A stretch of 555 bases of DNA from a phage: sequence record EF517117.1, one strand, 5' to 3'. The notes beneath the pieces were generated by a model. It saw nothing but the letters and a program-made list of their open reading frames with translations. It searched no databases and had not been told where the DNA came from. The position numbers and the translations under genes are program-made. Positions 1 to 555 of this stretch are shown piece by piece. Numbering within the stretch: position 1 is the first letter of the stretch; every line of letters starts with the position of its first letter.

Positions 1-7
1 TAGAGTG

Positions 8-100
8 CATAAAGTATGCATAATGGTGTACCTAGAGTGACCTCTAAGAATGGTGATTATATTGTATTAGTATCACCTTAACTTAAGGATCAACATAAAG
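8..100. repeat. Upstream cluster of CCTAAAG-like heptamers and related short direct repeats (non-coding)
   Basis: Seen directly: CATAAAG 8-14, CCTAGAG 31-37, CCTCTAAG 41-48, CACCTTA/ACTTAAG 74-87, CATAAAG 94-100. Same motif family as the array downstream of the CDS. Confidence 0.4.
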
Positions 101-107
101 GGAGGAG
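101..107 (+). promoter_or_regulatory. Shine-Dalgarno ribosome-binding site for the 112-261 CDS
   Basis: GGAGGAG, a near-perfect complement to the 16S rRNA 3' end, with a short spacer to the ATG at 112; directly preceded by a CATAAAG heptamer at 94-100. Confidence 0.7.
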
Positions 108-111
108 ACTC

Positions 112-261
112 ATGTTCCGCTTATTGTTGAACCTACTGCGACATAGAGTCACCTACCGATTTCTTGTGGTACTTTGTGCTGCCCTTGAGTACGCATCTCT
201 TACTGGAGACCTCAGTTCACTGGAGTTTGTCGTTTGTTCTATACTCACTTGTACCGATTAG
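112..261 (+). CDS. 19.5: Small 49-aa protein of unknown function, counterpart of T7 gene 19.5 (last gene before the right terminal repeat)
   Basis: ATG at 112-114 is the first in-frame ATG after the TAA at 79-81; open frame runs to TAG at 259-261. GGAGGAG Shine-Dalgarno at 101-107 sits a few nt upstream. My translation: MFRLLLNLLRHRVTYRFLVVLCAALEYASLTGDLSSLEFVVCSILTCTD. Length and distance to the terminal repeat match my recollection of T7 gene 19.5; not confirmed by alignment. Confidence 0.8.
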   Translation: MFRLLLNLLRHRVTYRFLVVLCAALEYASLTGDLSSLEFVVCSILTCTD

Positions 262-342
262 GGTTTTCCTGACCGACTGATGGCTCACCGAGGGATTCAG
301 CGGTATGATTGCATCACACCACTTCATCCTTATAGAGTCAAA

Positions 343-489
343 TCTTAAGGTATACCCATAAAGAGCCTCTAATGGTATATCCTAAGGTCTATACCTAAAG
401 ATAGGCCATTCTATCAGTGTCACTTAAAGAGGGTCTTAGAGAGGGCCTATGGAGTTCTTATAGGGTCCTTTAAAATATACCATAAAAAT
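343..489. repeat. Array of imperfect CCTAAAG-like heptamers immediately left of the terminal repeat (resembles the T7 SRR short-repeat array)
   Basis: Seen directly: TCTTAAG 343-349, CCATAAAG 356-363, CCTCTAAT 366-373, CCTAAGG 381-387, CCTAAAG 394-400, CTTAAAG 423-429, TCTTAGA 434-440, CCATAAAA 480-487. T7 is known to carry arrays of 7-bp repeats adjacent to its terminal repeats. Confidence 0.55.
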
Positions 490-500
490 CTGAGTGATTA

Positions 501-555
501 TCTCACAGTGTACGGACCTAAAGTTCCCCCATAGGGGGTACCTAAAACCCAGTCA
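501..555. repeat. Start of the direct terminal repeat of a T7-like genome (partial; continues beyond window end)
   Basis: TCTCACAGTGTACGGACCTAAAGTTCCCCCATAGGGGGTACCTAAA... matches from memory the first bases of the T7 genome, i.e. the terminal repeat that is present at both ends. Here it lies 240 bp after the gene 19.5-like stop, as I recall for the right end of T7. Confidence 0.65.
526..538. other. GC hairpin CCCCC-ATA-GGGGG inside the terminal repeat
   Basis: Seen directly: CCCCC 526-530, ATA loop 531-533, GGGGG 534-538 (5-bp all-GC stem, 3-nt loop). No T-run follows, so it does not look like an intrinsic terminator. Confidence 0.5.

Noticed and set aside
241-255. ACTCACT motif at 243-249, resembling the core of a T7 RNA polymerase promoter (GACTCACTATAGGGAGA)
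   Set aside because: Only a partial match (roughly 8 of 12 core positions by eye), it lacks the ATAGGGAGA initiation region, and it sits inside the 3' end of the CDS. I also recall the T7 right-end promoter as lying upstream of this window.
262-300. Intrinsic terminator after the gene 19.5-like stop codon
   Set aside because: No GC-rich stem-loop followed by a T-run is visible downstream of the stop. The only strong hairpin in the window (526-538) has no U-tract and lies in the terminal repeat.
280-348. Short + strand ORF of 22 codons (ATG 280, TAA 346-348), MAHRGIQRYDCITPLHPYRVKS
   Set aside because: No Shine-Dalgarno sequence upstream, very short, and it lies in the heptamer-rich spacer. 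I do not recall any gene annotated after 19.5 in T7. Most likely a chance ORF.
445-464. Small inverted repeat GCCTAT...ATAGG (445-450 and 460-464) with a 9-nt loop
   Set aside because: Short stem in an AT-rich repeat field; it could easily arise by chance and I have no evidence of conservation or function.
343-489. Short-repeat array as a possible CRISPR array
   Set aside because: The units are 7-8 bp, degenerate and irregularly spaced, with no 25-40 bp conserved repeats separated by unique spacers. This is the heptamer field typical of T7-family genome ends.
1-555. Possible coding sequence on the minus strand
   Set aside because: The plus strand is rich in CTA, TTA and TCA trinucleotides (largely from the heptamers), which are stop codons on the minus strand, so no substantial minus-strand ORF is possible. 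T7-like phages also encode all genes on one strand.

Overview
This window looks like the right-hand end of a T7-like (Teseptimavirus-type) phage genome, a well-characterised region, and I see no evidence of a novel system in it. It contains one small + strand gene (49 codons, 112-261) that I recognise as the counterpart of T7 gene 19.5, with a strong Shine-Dalgarno site. The gene is flanked by AT-rich non-coding DNA full of imperfect CCTAAAG-like heptamers and longer degenerate direct repeats. From about 501 the sequence matches my recollection of the start of the T7 direct terminal repeat, including a CCCCC-ATA-GGGGG hairpin, and continues past the window end. The layout (150 bp gene, 240 bp spacer, then the repeat) matches what I recall for T7, but a few bases appear to differ, so this is probably a close relative rather than T7 itself. 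All comparisons to T7 are from memory and need alignment to confirm.
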